Source: Escherichia phage phiE142. Taken from it: 64,000 nucleotides of DNA. The position numbers and the translations under genes are program-made. The stretch is taken from sequence record NC_055709.1, one strand, 5' to 3'. The notes under the pieces are model-generated. The model was not told where the DNA came from and searched no databases. It saw only the letters and a program-made list of their open reading frames with translations. Below are positions 1-10,740 of the stretch, in pieces. Each line of letters opens with the position of its first letter. Within the stretch, counting starts at the first letter, position 1.

Positions 1-7
1 ATTATCG

Positions 8-559
8 ATGGCCGATTTAAAAGCCAACAAGCCAAAAGCGGCTGATAACGATTTCGTATCTAAAGCAAACGGCGGGACATATCTCAAAAAGGTAATCTTT
101 AACGAAGGTGTTGCAGTCAAAACAGCTGATGACCAAACGAATGGTATTTTTTCTGGTGGTGGTGACGCCGCGACATTCGACCAAACAAACATGGATATTG
201 TTTCGTGGTATGGTATTGGGTTTAAATCATCTCAAGGTACCGGTGAAAGAACTGTTGTAATTGATACTCGCACCGGTAATATAAGTTCTAAAGGCGTTAT
301 TGAAGCATCTCAATTCAGAGCCACAACGTTAGCACCTTTAAATAATTACGACCTTACTCGCAAAGATTATGTTGATAGTCAAATAAATACAGTTAATGCT
401 AATGCAAACAGTCGCGTACTCCGTTCAGGAGATACGATGACCGGCGCTCTAACAGCCCCAAACTTTTTCTCACAGAATCCTGCATCTCAACCATCGCATG
501 TTCCACGATTTGACCAAATTGTTATTAAGGATTCTGTTCAAGATTTCGGCTATTATTAA
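8..559 (+). CDS. 36: Long tail fibre distal connector subunit gp36
   Basis: 183-aa ORF; fibre motif SGDTMTGALTAP and C-terminus PRFDQIVIKDSVQDFGYY as in T4 gp36; directly upstream of gp37. Confidence 0.85.
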   Translation: MADLKANKPKAADNDFVSKANGGTYLKKVIFNEGVAVKTADDQTNGIFSGGGDAATFDQTNMDIVSWYGIGFKSSQGTGERTVVIDTRTGNISSKGVIEASQFRATTLAPLNNYDLTRKDYVDSQINTVNANANSRVLRSGDTMTGALTAPNFFSQNPASQPSHVPRFDQIVIKDSVQDFGYY

Positions 560-567
560 GAGGACTT

Positions 568-3500
568 ATGGCTACTTTAAAACAAATACAATTTAAAAGA
601 AGCAAAACTGCAGGAGCACGTCCTGCCGCTTCAGTATTAGCCGAAGGTGAATTGGCTATAAACTTAAAAGACCGCGTACTTTTTACTAAAGACGACCAAG
701 GAAATATCATTGATCTTGGTTTTGCTAAGGGTGGTAGTATTGACGGGAATGTTATTCATATAGGAAACTATAATCAAACTGGTGATTATACTTTAAATGG
801 CGTCTTCACTCAGACTGGTAATTTTAATTTAACTGGTATTGCTCGAATAACTCGCGATATTATTGCCGCTGGGCAGATTATGACTGAAGGCGGAGAACTT
901 ATTACAAAAAGTTCAGGTACATCACATGTTCGTTTTCATGATTCAGCTGACCGTGAACGTGGAATCATTTTTTCTCCTGCTAATGATGGATTAACTACAC
1001 AAGTAATTAATATTAGAGTTCAAGACTACGCAGCTGGTAGCGAAAGCACCTATGCATTTTCAGGCAGTGGACAATTTATTTCACCTGAAGTATCGGCATG
1101 GAAATCTATGTCAACTCCTCAGATTTTGACTGACAAAGTCATTACAGACGGGAAGAAGGCAGGTGATTATGACATCTATTCATTAGCAAATAATAATTCT
1201 AATACAGATAAAAATAATTTACGTGTTGTACGTACCGACCCAGCGGCCGCAATGCTCCATGAAATTTGTGAAAACAACGGCATCAGTTGGTATTCTGGTT
1301 CAACCCCTACTGATTATATGTTATCTTTTGCTTATTCCGGCGGTTTTCAAGCAGGCCATTCGATTGCAGTAGGTATGGAATCAGGGCCTATGACATATTC
1401 AACCTTAGGTAAAGGTTCTATTGTTCTTGGGGATAATGATACTGGATTTAAATGGCATCAAGACGGATATTATTTCAGCGTTAATAATGGAACAAAAACG
1501 TTTTTATTTAGTCCTAGCGAAACAACTAGCCTAAGAAAATTTGTAGCTGGATATTCTACTAATGGAACCGATTTAACTACTCCTCCAACTGAAAACTATG
1601 CTCTTGCTACTGTTGTGACATATCACGATAATAACGCGTTTGGAGATGGTCAGACTCTTTTGGGATATTATCAAGGCGGTAACTATCATCACTATTTCCG
1701 TGGTAAGGGTACCACAAACATTAATACTCATGGCGGTTTGTTGGTTACTCCTGGTAATATTGATGTTATTGGCGGTTCTGTTAATATAGATGGTAGAAAT
1801 AATTCTTCTACACTAATGTTTAGAGGCAACACAACAGGATACAGCTCGGTTGATAATATGGATATTAAAGTTTGGGGTAATACGTTTGTTGATCCAAGCG
1901 GAGGTATCCGTAAAAACATTATGGAAATTTCTGATGCAACTAGCTGGATGAGCTATATTCAAAGACTTACTACTGGCGAAGTAGAAATGAACGTTAATGG
2001 TTCATTTGAATCATCTGGTGTTACTGCTGGAGATAGAGGAGTTCACACAACAGGTGAAATTTCATCTGGAGCAGTGAATGCTCTTCGTATTTGGAACGCA
2101 GATTATGGAGCCATTTTTAGACGTTCAGAAGGAAGTCTTCATATTATTCCAACTGCTTATGGCGAAGGCAAAGATGGCGATATTGGTCCACTTCGCCCAT
2201 TTAGTATGGCTTTAGATACTGGTAAAGTTACTATTCCAGATTTACAATCAAGTTACAATACGTTCGCTGCTAACGGTTATATTAAATTTGTTGGTCATGG
2301 AGCGGGTGCCGGCGGTTATGACATTCAATATGCTCAAGCGGCTCCTATTTTCCAGGAAATCGATGATGATGCGGTAAGTAAATATTATCCTATTGTTAAG
2401 CAGAAGTTTTTAAACGGTAAATCTGTTTGGTCTTTAGGTACCGAAATTAATTCGGGTACATTCGTTATTCATCATCTGAAAGAAGATGGATCACAAGGCC
2501 ATACATCTCGTTTTAATCAAGACGGCACAGTTAATTTCCCTGATAACGTTCTGGTCGGCGGCGGCGAAGCTGCTATTGCTCGTAATGGTAATATTTTCTC
2601 GGATATCTGGAAAACGTTTACTTCAGCAGGCGACGTAACTAATATTCGCGATGCAATAGCTACTCGTGTTGCTAAAGAAGGTGATACGATGACAGGCCGC
2701 TTAACTCTTAATGCAAACTCTGATGCCATCGTTATTAATAGCACGGCAACCGAATCTGGCTATTTGAAAGGACAAAAAGCAGGCGTTGATAACTGGTATG
2801 TAGGTAATGGTGGTGCTGATAATGCCATATCGTTTTATAGTTTCCAAAATAGATCAGGCATATATGTTAATAATGGTGGTGATATTGCTTTAAACCCAGA
2901 AGGGACCGCCACTTTTAATTTTAATAGGGACCGACTTTATATAAATGGTTCGGTCTGGACCTCACACCAGGCTGGCGATTGGGGAAATCAATGGCGCCAG
3001 GAAGCCCCCGTATTTGTGGATTTTGGCTATGTCGGTAATGATAGTTATTATCCAATTATCAAAGGAAAATCTGTTATTACGAATGAAGGATACGTATCTG
3101 GTGTTGATTTTGGTATGCGCCGTACCACTAACCAATGGGCTCAGGCTATTATCCGTGTTGGTAACCAGGAAAATGCTAGCGATCCACAAGCTATCTATGA
3201 ATTCCACCACAATGGAGTTATGTATGCTCCTAACATGGTACAAACTGGAGCAAGATTATCGGCTGGCGGTGGTGACCCGGTGTGGACTGGACCATGTCTT
3301 GTTATTGGCGATAATGATACTGGATTAGTTCATGGTGGTGACGGCCGAATCAATATGGTTGCCAATGGTATACATATTGCAAACTGGGGAGCAGGCTATC
3401 AATCTCATCCTGGGCTTTGGGATTCAACCGGTGCTTTTTGGACAGAAGTTGGAAGAGCTATCGTTTCTCATGGGCATCTCGTTCAGGCAAATGATAGTTA

Positions 3501-3867
3501 TTCAACGTTTGTCCGTGATGTTTATGTCCGTTCTGATATTCGAGTTAAAAAAGACCTTGTTAAATTTGAAAATGCTTCTCAGAAGCTTTCTAAAATTAAC
3601 GGTTACACTTATATGCAGAAGCGAGGCCTAGATGAAGAAGGCAATCAGAAATGGGAACCTAACGCCGGTTTAATTGCTCAAGAAGTTCAAGCTATTTTGC
3701 CAGAATTAGTTGAAGGTGACCCGGATGGTGAAGCTTTACTTCGTTTGAACTATAACGGTGTAATTGGTTTAAATACAGCTGCAATCAATGAGCATACTGC
3801 AGAAATTGCAGAACTTAAGTCAGAGATTGAAGAGCTTAAAGCATTAGTTAAATCATTGTTAAAATAA
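568..3867 (+). CDS. 37: Long tail fibre large distal subunit gp37 with C-terminal intramolecular-chaperone-like domain
   Basis: 1099-aa ORF; [10 protein letters not shown] fibre motif; C-terminal ~110 aa (NGYTY...[15 protein letters not shown]...coiled coil) resemble self-cleaving chaperone domains of tail fibres; followed by gp38. Confidence 0.9.
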   Translation: MATLKQIQFKRSKTAGARPAASVLAEGELAINLKDRVLFTKDDQGNIIDLGFAKGGSIDGNVIHIGNYNQTGDYTLNGVFTQTGNFNLTGIARITRDIIAAGQIMTEGGELITKSSGTSHVRFHDSADRERGIIFSPANDGLTTQVINIRVQDYAAGSESTYAFSGSGQFISPEVSAWKSMSTPQILTDKVITDGKKAGDYDIYSLANNNSNTDKNNLRVVRTDPAAAMLHEICENNGISWYSGSTPTDYMLSFAYSGGFQAGHSIAVGMESGPMTYSTLGKGSIVLGDNDTGFKWHQDGYYFSVNNGTKTFLFSPSETTSLRKFVAGYSTNGTDLTTPPTENYALATVVTYHDNNAFGDGQTLLGYYQGGNYHHYFRGKGTTNINTHGGLLVTPGNIDVIGGSVNIDGRNNSSTLMFRGNTTGYSSVDNMDIKVWGNTFVDPSGGIRKNIMEISDATSWMSYIQRLTTGEVEMNVNGSFESSGVTAGDRGVHTTGEISSGAVNALRIWNADYGAIFRRSEGSLHIIPTAYGEGKDGDIGPLRPFSMALDTGKVTIPDLQSSYNTFAANGYIKFVGHGAGAGGYDIQYAQAAPIFQEIDDDAVSKYYPIVKQKFLNGKSVWSLGTEINSGTFVIHHLKEDGSQGHTSRFNQDGTVNFPDNVLVGGGEAAIARNGNIFSDIWKTFTSAGDVTNIRDAIATRVAKEGDTMTGRLTLNANSDAIVINSTATESGYLKGQKAGVDNWYVGNGGADNAISFYSFQNRSGIYVNNGGDIALNPEGTATFNFNRDRLYINGSVWTSHQAGDWGNQWRQEAPVFVDFGYVGNDSYYPIIKGKSVITNEGYVSGVDFGMRRTTNQWAQAIIRVGNQENASDPQAIYEFHHNGVMYAPNMVQTGARLSAGGGDPVWTGPCLVIGDNDTGLVHGGDGRINMVANGIHIANWGAGYQSHPGLWDSTGAFWTEVGRAIVSHGHLVQANDSYSTFVRDVYVRSDIRVKKDLVKFENASQKLSKINGYTYMQKRGLDEEGNQKWEPNAGLIAQEVQAILPELVEGDPDGEALLRLNYNGVIGLNTAAINEHTAEIAELKSEIEELKALVKSLLK

Positions 3868-3898
3868 TAAGAGGGGCTTCGGCCCCTTGGAGGTTTAT

Positions 3899-4675
3899 AT
3901 GGCAGTAACAGGACCGTGGGTAGGATCGTCTGCAGTAGTTAATACAGGACAAAATTGGATGGGCGGCGCGGCCCAACGATTAAGAATGGGCATTCCGTTC
4001 TGGATGAGTAATATGATAGGTCGATCTGTTGAAATAATTCACACGCTTGGAGCAGACCATAACTTCAATGGTCAATGGTTCCGAGATAGATGTTTTGAGG
4101 CAGGTAGTGCACCTATAGTGTTTAATATCACTGGAGATTTAGTATCATATTCTAAAGATGTTCCTTTATTCTTCATGTATGGAGATACACCGAATGAATA
4201 TGTTCAGTTGAATATACACGGCGTAACGATGTATGGACGTGGCGGTAATGGCGGTAGCAATAGTCCTGGTTCAGCTGGAGGTCATTGTATTCAAAACGAT
4301 ATTGGTGGGAGACTAAGAATTAATAATGGTGGAGCTATTGCTGGAGGTGGCGGCGGTGGTGGCGGCGGATATTATTCTCCTTTTTCAAAAATGAGATTGA
4401 CTTTTGGAGGTGGCGGCGGGCGTCCGTTTGGCGCACCGGGCGGATCTATTGATATGCAATCAGGAGCAACTGCTGGTACTATTTCTGCGCCTGGCGCAGG
4501 GTCTGTGAACGGTATCTATAGCGGCGGTGGCGGTGGCGAAGTTGGCTCCGCAGGAGGTAGATGTAATATTCGTGGTCAAGGATCTGAATACGATGGCGGA
4601 GCTGCTGGTTATGCCGTCATAGGGTCTGCTCCAACGTGGATAAATGTTGGAGCAATATATGGTCCAAGAGTATAA
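3899..4675 (+). CDS. 38: Receptor-recognising tail-fibre adhesin gp38 (T2-type, glycine-rich motifs)
   Basis: Several poly-Gly motifs ([38 protein letters not shown]) separated by variable segments; ATG at 3899 preceded by GGAGG (ORF track begins at a TTG at 3887). Confidence 0.8.
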   Translation: MAVTGPWVGSSAVVNTGQNWMGGAAQRLRMGIPFWMSNMIGRSVEIIHTLGADHNFNGQWFRDRCFEAGSAPIVFNITGDLVSYSKDVPLFFMYGDTPNEYVQLNIHGVTMYGRGGNGGSNSPGSAGGHCIQNDIGGRLRINNGGAIAGGGGGGGGGYYSPFSKMRLTFGGGGGRPFGAPGGSIDMQSGATAGTISAPGAGSVNGIYSGGGGGEVGSAGGRCNIRGQGSEYDGGAAGYAVIGSAPTWINVGAIYGPRV

Positions 4676-4705
4676 TTTGAATAAATATCCTTAAAAGGAG
4701 GGTCT

Positions 4706-5362
4706 ATGGCAGCACCTAGAATATCATTTTCGCCCTCTGATATTCTGTTGGGTGTTCTAGATCGCTTGTTCAAAGATAATGCTACCGGGAAGGTTCTTGC
4801 TTCCCGGGTAGCTGTCGTAATTCTTTTGTTTATAATGGCGATTGTTTGGTATAGGGGAGATAGTTTCTTTGAGTACTATAAGCAATCAAAGTATGAAACA
4901 TACAGTGAAATTATTGAAAAGGAAAGAAATGCACGCTTTGAATCTGTCGCCCTGGAACAACTCCAGATAGTTCATATATCATCTGAGGCAGACTTTAGTG
5001 CGGTGTATTCTTTCCGCCCTAAAAACTTAAACTATTTTGTTGATATTATAGCATACGAAGGAAGATTACCTTCAACAATAACAGAAAAATCACTTGGAGG
5101 ATATCCTGTTGATAAAACTATGGATGAATATACAGTCCATTTAAATGGACGTCATTATTATTCCAATTCAAAATTTGCTTTTTTACCAACTAAAAAGCCT
5201 ACTCCCGAAATAAATTACATGTACAGTTGTCCATATTTTAATTTGGATAATATCTATGCTGGAACAATAACCATGTACTGGTATAGAAATGATCATATAA
5301 GTAATGACCGCCTTGAATCAATATGTTCTCAGGCGGCCAGAATATTAGGAAGGGCTAAATAA
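4706..5362 (+). CDS. t: Holin (T4 gene t type)
   Basis: 218 aa, N-terminus MAAPRISFSPSDIL, single TM segment, near-identical to T4 holin T as I recall it; position after gene 38. Confidence 0.85.
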   Translation: MAAPRISFSPSDILLGVLDRLFKDNATGKVLASRVAVVILLFIMAIVWYRGDSFFEYYKQSKYETYSEIIEKERNARFESVALEQLQIVHISSEADFSAVYSFRPKNLNYFVDIIAYEGRLPSTITEKSLGGYPVDKTMDEYTVHLNGRHYYSNSKFAFLPTKKPTPEINYMYSCPYFNLDNIYAGTITMYWYRNDHISNDRLESICSQAARILGRAK

Positions 5363-5635
5363 TTATTTGTTTGTATACATCTCTAGATATCGATATACAC
5401 CCTCAAAACCCTCGTTGAATTCGTCGATGAGGGTTTTCTTATCTTCTTGGGTTAATTCAGAAACAATTTTACGGAATGAATTCTGATTTAATTTTCTACC
5501 TTCATGCGTTACTCCAATCTCATTCAGAAATGCAATAAAATTAGCACGATTCTCAACAATATCTTCTCTGGAAAATTTAATCAAAATAGACGCAACAGTA
5601 ATAATTTCACGAACTGTATCAATGTTTTTATTCAT
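5363..5635 (-). CDS. asiA: Anti-sigma70 factor AsiA
   Basis: 90 aa MNKNIDTVREIITVASILIKFSREDIVENRANF... matches T4 AsiA from memory. Confidence 0.9.
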   Translation of the reverse strand: MNKNIDTVREIITVASILIKFSREDIVENRANFIAFLNEIGVTHEGRKLNQNSFRKIVSELTQEDKKTLIDEFNEGFEGVYRYLEMYTNK

Positions 5636-5647
5636 TAACTATACCAC

Positions 5648-5800
5648 TCAATTAGTTGACTTTATTATAATATCATCAGACACTTGATTTGTAAACTGGT
5701 CTGTGTTATTTTCTTCAAAAATTTTTTCTACGAATTCCTTGAACGACTCACGTTCTTGAGCTACATTGTGCTCGATTACCTTTTCAAGATTATGACTCAT
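5648..5800 (-). CDS. Hypothetical small protein (50 aa)
   Basis: ATG-initiated ORF filling the asiA-arn gap, start overlaps arn stop (ATGA); not in ORF track because under 60 aa. Confidence 0.35.
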   Translation of the reverse strand: MSHNLEKVIEHNVAQERESFKEFVEKIFEENNTDQFTNQVSDDIIIKSTN

Positions 5801-6075
5801 TCGAAATAATCTTCAATTTCATAATCATGGACATAAATCATTATAGTTTTTAATACATCATCAATACTTTTTCCTGGAGCTGGAATTACGTAAAAATATC
5901 CTGCTTTTGAGAGGTCTTTATAAGTTCCAATCAAGAAATCATTATTCTCGAGATGTAGTTCTTCAACTAATTCATTAACAATTGAGTGGTATAAATTTGG
6001 TAGAAACTTATATAGCTTTTCTAGAATATCAATTTTGATTGTGTATTGAACCACAGACTGAGAATCAATAATCAT
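5797..6075 (-). CDS. arn: Arn-like anti-restriction protein (McrBC inhibitor)
   Basis: 92-aa acidic protein at the T4 arn position between asiA and motA. Confidence 0.65.
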   Translation of the reverse strand: MIIDSQSVVQYTIKIDILEKLYKFLPNLYHSIVNELVEELHLENNDFLIGTYKDLSKAGYFYVIPAPGKSIDDVLKTIMIYVHDYEIEDYFE

Positions 6076-6158
6076 AGACCTTCCCCTTATGTTTCTGTTT
6101 GCGATTAGATTCTTTAAACGCTTTCTTCTTATCCTTATGAACAGAAGCTTTATTAAAA

Positions 6159-6377
6159 TTATGCTTTGCGACTAAATTGTTCATAGTGCTGAATTACCTC
6201 TCTCAAACATTTGCATGTGAATGAAAACTTTTTAGCTACACCACATTCAAATATGTGTTCTCTTAAATCACGTGTATCGGTATATCCCATCTCAACAATA
6301 AAATGCCGTATTAGATTTTTATCTTTATCATTGAGAGAATTAAAATAATCAGATTTTGAATTAATTTCCCTGGCCAA
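6159..6377 (-). CDS. Hypothetical early protein (72 aa, Cys-containing)
   Basis: ORF in arn-motA interval; no recognisable motif. Confidence 0.45.
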   Translation of the reverse strand: MAREINSKSDYFNSLNDKDKNLIRHFIVEMGYTDTRDLREHIFECGVAKKFSFTCKCLREVIQHYEQFSRKA

Positions 6378-6630
6378 ATTGAATCACCTTCAGTTGACGT
6401 TTTAGCTCTTTTATCATTTCTTCGTTCATCGCAATATAAAGATCGCGTAAAGCAGGTTTTAGCATTCCATTTACTGGAGAACTAAATGGACATACATAAT
6501 CTTTTCCTACAAGCTTTTTGGCAAATTCCATATCACAAAATTTAAATGCCGGCTCATTCGCATAAATTCCCCAATTAGTTGACATCATTTTATTGGCATA
6601 TTCCAGTGCCTGGATTTGATTCAATAGCAT
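6361..6630 (-). CDS. Hypothetical early protein (89 aa)
   Basis: ORF in arn-motA interval, translationally coupled to neighbours. Confidence 0.45.
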   Translation of the reverse strand: MLLNQIQALEYANKMMSTNWGIYANEPAFKFCDMEFAKKLVGKDYVCPFSSPVNGMLKPALRDLYIAMNEEMIKELKRQLKVIQFGQGN

Positions 6631-6654
6631 CTTTCTGGAGTTGTTTAATATTCA

Positions 6655-7116
6655 TTAATAAAGGTCCTCTGAATAAAGTTCTTTCTCACTTCCGCCACGT
6701 TCAATACGTACCTGTCCAGCATACGTTGCAATAATCATTGCTTCTTCACGCGTCCAGTAATTAGAATATTGGTCAATAAAGCCTTGGTCGTCACCACAAA
6801 CTTGTTGCGAGACTAATTGAGGACCAACTATATCAAGTACTTCAGCCATATCTTTGGAGTAATGACGAACTCCAGGAATAACCAGAGTTCTACCACTCTT
6901 CAATTTAAACCTATTAGCTGCACATACTATAACACGTTGAACTTTTTGGTCATTATTCCAATAGCACGTTTGCCAACAGATTTCAGGAACTTCATTCATT
7001 ATATCATCAGCAGAATAATTATAACCGTAGGACTGGAATTTTTCTGCTAGACTTTCAGGAGTCTCACGAGACAAGGCCAAATCTAATAGCTCTAAACGTT
7101 CTTTAAATGATTTCAT
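6655..7116 (-). CDS. Hypothetical early protein (153 aa)
   Basis: ORF in arn-motA interval. Confidence 0.5.
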   Translation of the reverse strand: MKSFKERLELLDLALSRETPESLAEKFQSYGYNYSADDIMNEVPEICWQTCYWNNDQKVQRVIVCAANRFKLKSGRTLVIPGVRHYSKDMAEVLDIVGPQLVSQQVCGDDQGFIDQYSNYWTREEAMIIATYAGQVRIERGGSEKELYSEDLY

Positions 7117-7457
7117 TTAAACCATTCCTTAATACGTTGCCAAATAGATTTTTGTGCTTGTTTATTTACACCAATCGAACGAATAACCGGTTGTGACTGC
7201 TGATATTCTTTATAATCTTCTTTATAGATTTCGTAAGCTGCATCAACAAATGAACTGATCGCTGCCATGTAGTTTTTACGTACACCGCCTGGAGCTACTC
7301 CATTAGGAAATTCAGAATTTTCGCGAATAATTAAATATAACCCAGCTCTAACTTTAACGATAGTTCCAAGATAAGCTCCATGGTACCAAATATCCCATCC
7401 TTCCTGAGTAGGTTCTGCACATTTACGAAGTTCGTTAATAATATTCAGCTTATTCAT
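7113..7457 (-). CDS. Hypothetical early protein (114 aa)
   Basis: ORF immediately downstream of motA, stop/start overlap with next gene. Confidence 0.5.
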   Translation of the reverse strand: MNKLNIINELRKCAEPTQEGWDIWYHGAYLGTIVKVRAGLYLIIRENSEFPNGVAPGGVRKNYMAAISSFVDAAYEIYKEDYKEYQQSQPVIRSIGVNKQAQKSIWQRIKEWFK

Positions 7458-7467
7458 TATGTATTCC

Positions 7468-8100
7468 TCACAGTACGTTAGTTACAAGGGTAATGATTTC
7501 TTTGGACACATTAGGGAAGTCAATGTAAGTATATTTACCACCGATCTTAATCTTAACATCATTTTCAAGAGAAGTAAACAGCTTTGATTCAGTTTCTGAC
7601 ATGTTGTATGCAAAGATTCTAAGAGCGCCATCTCGTCGAATTTCAATTTGGCGAATGCCTAGAACTCGTTTAGCGAATCGAACTTCTAAGTTACTACGGT
7701 TTTCACCAATTTCTTTAACTTCAACTTTATCTTTAATATTTTCAAAAACAAAGTTTGCTAATTCATGCATTTCAGGAGTAACTCCACGTGCTTTTCTAGT
7801 GTTACGTTTCTGAAGAAGTTCTGGAGCATTTTCTTGAGCAAATAGGTCTGCAGCTTTTTGGATAATATCCATTGCTTCGCCGGTTGCCACAAGTCCATCA
7901 CCAGATTTTTCGACTAAACCTTTCTTAATCAATACACCAATGTTAGAGTTAACAACTGATGCATTGTATTCTGCTTCCAGAGCTTCACGGACATTGGCAG
8001 CAGTGGTGAAGTTGTTCTTAATGATATAAACCATTATTGCCGCAGTTTTTTCATTCAGAGCGTTTTCAGAAGCTTTGATGATGTAAGTAACTTTAGACAT
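7468..8100 (-). CDS. motA: Middle-transcription activator MotA
   Basis: 210 aa, MSKVTYIIKAS...NSNIGVLIKKGLVEKSGDGL matches T4 MotA. Confidence 0.85.
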   Translation of the reverse strand: MSKVTYIIKASENALNEKTAAIMVYIIKNNFTTAANVREALEAEYNASVVNSNIGVLIKKGLVEKSGDGLVATGEAMDIIQKAADLFAQENAPELLQKRNTRKARGVTPEMHELANFVFENIKDKVEVKEIGENRSNLEVRFAKRVLGIRQIEIRRDGALRIFAYNMSETESKLFTSLENDVKIKIGGKYTYIDFPNVSKEIITLVTNVL

Positions 8101-8139
8101 TTTATTTCTCCAATTTGGTTGTTTTGTTTTGATAGGTCT

Positions 8140-8168
8140 ATAATATCACGTTTGAAGCACATGTAAAC
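8140..8168 (-). promoter_or_regulatory. Sigma70-type early promoter-like element upstream of motA
   Basis: Minus strand reads GTTTAC, 17-nt spacer, TATTAT about 40 nt before the motA ATG. Confidence 0.5.
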
Positions 8169-8179
8169 TGTTTTGTGAG

Positions 8180-8212
8180 AAAAAAAAATGCACAAAGGGA
8201 GCCGAAGCTCCC
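8180..8212 (-). terminator. Rho-independent terminator-like hairpin
   Basis: Minus strand GGGAGCTTCGGCTCCC followed by TTTGTGCATTTTTTTTT, downstream of gene 52. Confidence 0.6.
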
Positions 8213-8288
8213 TAATCGTGATTGTCCAACCAATACAGCCAAATCACTAGTGCGGCTATTGCACCGAGAAATCCTAAGGCTAGGGCAC

Positions 8289-9614
8289 TCAAAGTGCCTC
8301 CAAGTCTTTAGTGTACTCTGTCACAACATCAGTAGACTTCCAATACTCATTTTCTTCTTTCTTAGCTTTAGCTTCTTCTGCTAGTTTACGTGCTTCATCG
8401 GAAGTGATATGGAAGATGTTAAGACCTACCAGTTTATCGACATGTTCTTTATACATTTCGATTTGTGCTAGCTCTTCAGTCAAAGCTTTACGAGTCTTGC
8501 CCTGAATCACAATTTCACCACTGATAACTTTTTTGATGAAGTGTGCCTTAGCAAAAGCCAGTTTAAATGCTTTTTCAGATTCAAGGATTTTGTTGTCAAT
8601 ACGTTTCTGAACGTAAGTCTTACGGACTTCAACAAAATCTTTGATTAAGTCTACTACATTATCGTAGACCGCTAATTTACCTTTTTCATTAATCACTGTG
8701 ATGTTTTGTGAACGACGTTCGATGAGACTAAAATCTTTCATGATTTTTTCATGACGTAGCTCTTCATTATCAGGAAGCGAGTACTCTTTACGGAACTTCA
8801 CCTTAAACCCAAAGCCGTGTTCACCACAATCATCTTCCCATGAGATTAGACCTTTGTCTTCCAACGGGTCAAGAACCTTACTCACATACGTTTCACGGTC
8901 GAATTTATATGGGATTTCAGTTATCTGCATTTGAGTACGAGATGTGAACTTATATGTTCCATGAATCTCATATCGCCCATCAACTTCATGCACTTCACCA
9001 CGGAATTCCGGGAATTCAACTTTTGGCTTAGTGACATTTTTACCTTGAAGAGCTTGTAATACAGCCTTTTTGACTGATTTAAAACTATGAGGCAGAATAT
9101 TTGTTGCGTAACCGGTTGCAATACCAGAGACACCATTCAAAAGAACTGTCGGAATAATAGGAAGATAGAATTTTGGTGGAACGTGTTCTTTATCTTCATG
9201 AGCTGGAGCATATTCAGTATCTTTATAGACATTATAGAAATTTTTACTTACACGAGCAAAAATATAACGAGATGCTGCAGCTTTTTGGACTGTTCTAGAA
9301 CCAAAGTTGCCTTGGCCATCTAACAGTGGATAGTTGTTGTTCCATGTGTTAGCCATCAATGCACCTGCATCTTGTGCAGAAGATTCACCATGGTGATAAC
9401 CTAAATCTGCAACACCACCCGCAATTGACGCAAGTTTATGAAATTTTTCTTTATTACCACGAGCCAAATCTAATGCACGATGAACCACAAAACGTTGAAC
9501 CGGCTTAAATCCATCAATCATATTTGGGATTGCACGGTTTTCAACGGTGTACATCGCGTATGCTAAGGCTTCGTTATCAATAATACTTTTTAGATTACGA
9601 GAATTCAATTGCAT
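8289..9614 (-). CDS. 52: DNA topoisomerase II medium subunit gp52
   Basis: 441 aa GyrA-like N-terminus (PNMIDGFKPVQRFVVHRALDL); T4 gp52 size and position. Confidence 0.9.
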   Translation of the reverse strand: MQLNSRNLKSIIDNEALAYAMYTVENRAIPNMIDGFKPVQRFVVHRALDLARGNKEKFHKLASIAGGVADLGYHHGESSAQDAGALMANTWNNNYPLLDGQGNFGSRTVQKAAASRYIFARVSKNFYNVYKDTEYAPAHEDKEHVPPKFYLPIIPTVLLNGVSGIATGYATNILPHSFKSVKKAVLQALQGKNVTKPKVEFPEFRGEVHEVDGRYEIHGTYKFTSRTQMQITEIPYKFDRETYVSKVLDPLEDKGLISWEDDCGEHGFGFKVKFRKEYSLPDNEELRHEKIMKDFSLIERRSQNITVINEKGKLAVYDNVVDLIKDFVEVRKTYVQKRIDNKILESEKAFKLAFAKAHFIKKVISGEIVIQGKTRKALTEELAQIEMYKEHVDKLVGLNIFHITSDEARKLAEEAKAKKEENEYWKSTDVVTEYTKDLEAL

Positions 9615-9618
9615 ATTT

Positions 9619-9759
9619 TCACCATATTAATGAACGAATAATCATTATAACATCTGAAATGAAAAGCACTACTTGGATTAGTCCAAACATCACACCGTAG
9701 TACAGAACCGTAAGCAACAACAAGAGCCCGAAGGCTCCTGCTAAGATGTTCTTAATCAT
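9619..9759 (-). CDS. Hypothetical small membrane protein (46 aa)
   Basis: Hydrophobic ORF with AAGGCGAG ribosome-binding site; at the T4 ac/stp position between 52 and ndd. Confidence 0.35.
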   Translation of the reverse strand: MIKNILAGAFGLLLLLTVLYYGVMFGLIQVVLFISDVIMIIRSLIW

Positions 9760-9905
9760 TACTCGCCTTTTAACACGTTAATAAGAGCTAAGACCGCTAA
9801 GGTACCTTGTGATACGGCCTGTTGAAATACTGTTGTTTCGCCCGTAACTAAAGTGTTAACGAATAAAAACGACCAACACAGCAATGCAATAATCCATGCT
9901 ACCAT
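9759..9905 (-). CDS. Hypothetical small membrane protein (48 aa)
   Basis: Hydrophobic ORF with GAGGT ribosome-binding site; stop overlaps next start (TAATG). Confidence 0.35.
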   Translation of the reverse strand: MVAWIIALLCWSFLFVNTLVTGETTVFQQAVSQGTLAVLALINVLKGE

Positions 9906-9957
9906 TTTAATTACCTCAAAAATAAATTAAAGGCCTAACTTAATAGGTCCGTATAAA

Positions 9958-10404
9958 TTAGTAACTCTGCAGAATGAATTTGAAATTATCAGCCAGAAGA
10001 CGGTTCATTTCAGTGAGTGTTTGATATTCTGACGTATGGTTGCGAGTGAATGCCAGAGCCAATTGACCTTTACCATAACCAGTAGTCAGTGGTTTCATGT
10101 TCTTAGCTGCAACAAAGATTACATCATATTCAATATTGTTAGTGGCCATGGTACGAGCTAGTTGTGAACGGCCTTGACGAATGTGAGAAAGAATTGCATC
10201 TAACCCTTGTTTAGAACGTTGACGTCCTACAAAGAATCGTGCTGCTACTTGACGCCAGTCAGATGAACCTTTAACGAAGAAGTAAAAACCTTCACGAGAA
10301 CGAAACTCTTTAGAAACTTCAGAACCGTATTCGCCATTACGAACTACTGCAACAACTTCACCACCGACTGCCAGAAGGTCTTTACGAGTTAAATATTTGG
10401 ACAT
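9958..10404 (-). CDS. ndd: Nucleoid disruption protein Ndd
   Basis: 148 aa; C-terminus ...[36 protein letters not shown] matches T4 Ndd. Confidence 0.8.
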   Translation of the reverse strand: MSKYLTRKDLLAVGGEVVAVVRNGEYGSEVSKEFRSREGFYFFVKGSSDWRQVAARFFVGRQRSKQGLDAILSHIRQGRSQLARTMATNNIEYDVIFVAAKNMKPLTTGYGKGQLALAFTRNHTSEYQTLTEMNRLLADNFKFILQSY

Positions 10405-10448
10405 GCTAATTTCCTCAATTGATTAATGTTTTTGTAATCCATGAGAGC

Positions 10449-10478
10449 ATTATACTCTGCTCTCAAGAGTTTGTACAA
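10449..10478 (-). promoter_or_regulatory. Sigma70-type early promoter-like element upstream of ndd
   Basis: Minus strand TTGTAC, 18 nt, TATAAT; spacer contains inverted repeat TGAGAGC/GCTCTCA. Confidence 0.45.
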
Positions 10479-10480
10479 TT

Positions 10481-10696
10481 TTATTCGGCCATATCAGAAC
10501 GTTCAAAAAGCTCTTCAACAGTTAAACATTCAGTGTCATCCTCGATAAAGAATCGGGTCCAACACGTTGGGGCGATGCAGTTATGAGTTTGTCCAGCTAT
10601 AGAAGCTACACGAATAAGCTGCTGTCCATTATTCAGGACAAATTTTTCACCAATTTCAACATCTTTAAAAAGCTTAGCCATTTTTGTATTCCTCAT
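10481..10696 (-). CDS. Hypothetical early protein (71 aa, Cys-containing)
   Basis: ORF with GAGGAA ribosome-binding site, own promoter upstream. Confidence 0.45.
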   Translation of the reverse strand: MRNTKMAKLFKDVEIGEKFVLNNGQQLIRVASIAGQTHNCIAPTCWTRFFIEDDTECLTVEELFERSDMAE

Positions 10697-10710
10697 GTTT
10701 AAGTAGGACT

Positions 10711-10740
10711 ACTATACCATAATCCTACTGTGTTGTAAAC
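10711..10740 (-). promoter_or_regulatory. Sigma70-type early promoter-like element
   Basis: Minus strand GTTTAC, 18 nt, TATAGT. Confidence 0.5.

Noticed and set aside
2945-3631. Plus- and minus-strand ORFs (93-127 aa) inside gene 37
   Set aside because: Lie entirely within the gp37 coding sequence in alternative frames; low-complexity hydrophobic translations typical of shadow ORFs.
3873-3886. GC hairpin GGGGCTTCGGCCCC between genes 37 and 38 as a terminator
   Set aside because: No U-tract follows; it is immediately followed by the gene 38 ribosome-binding site, so it is more likely an mRNA structural element than a terminator.
4300-4560. GGN-rich repeats in gene 38 as a CRISPR array or tandem DNA repeat
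   Set aside because: They are in-frame glycine codons of the adhesin; no spacer-repeat periodicity.
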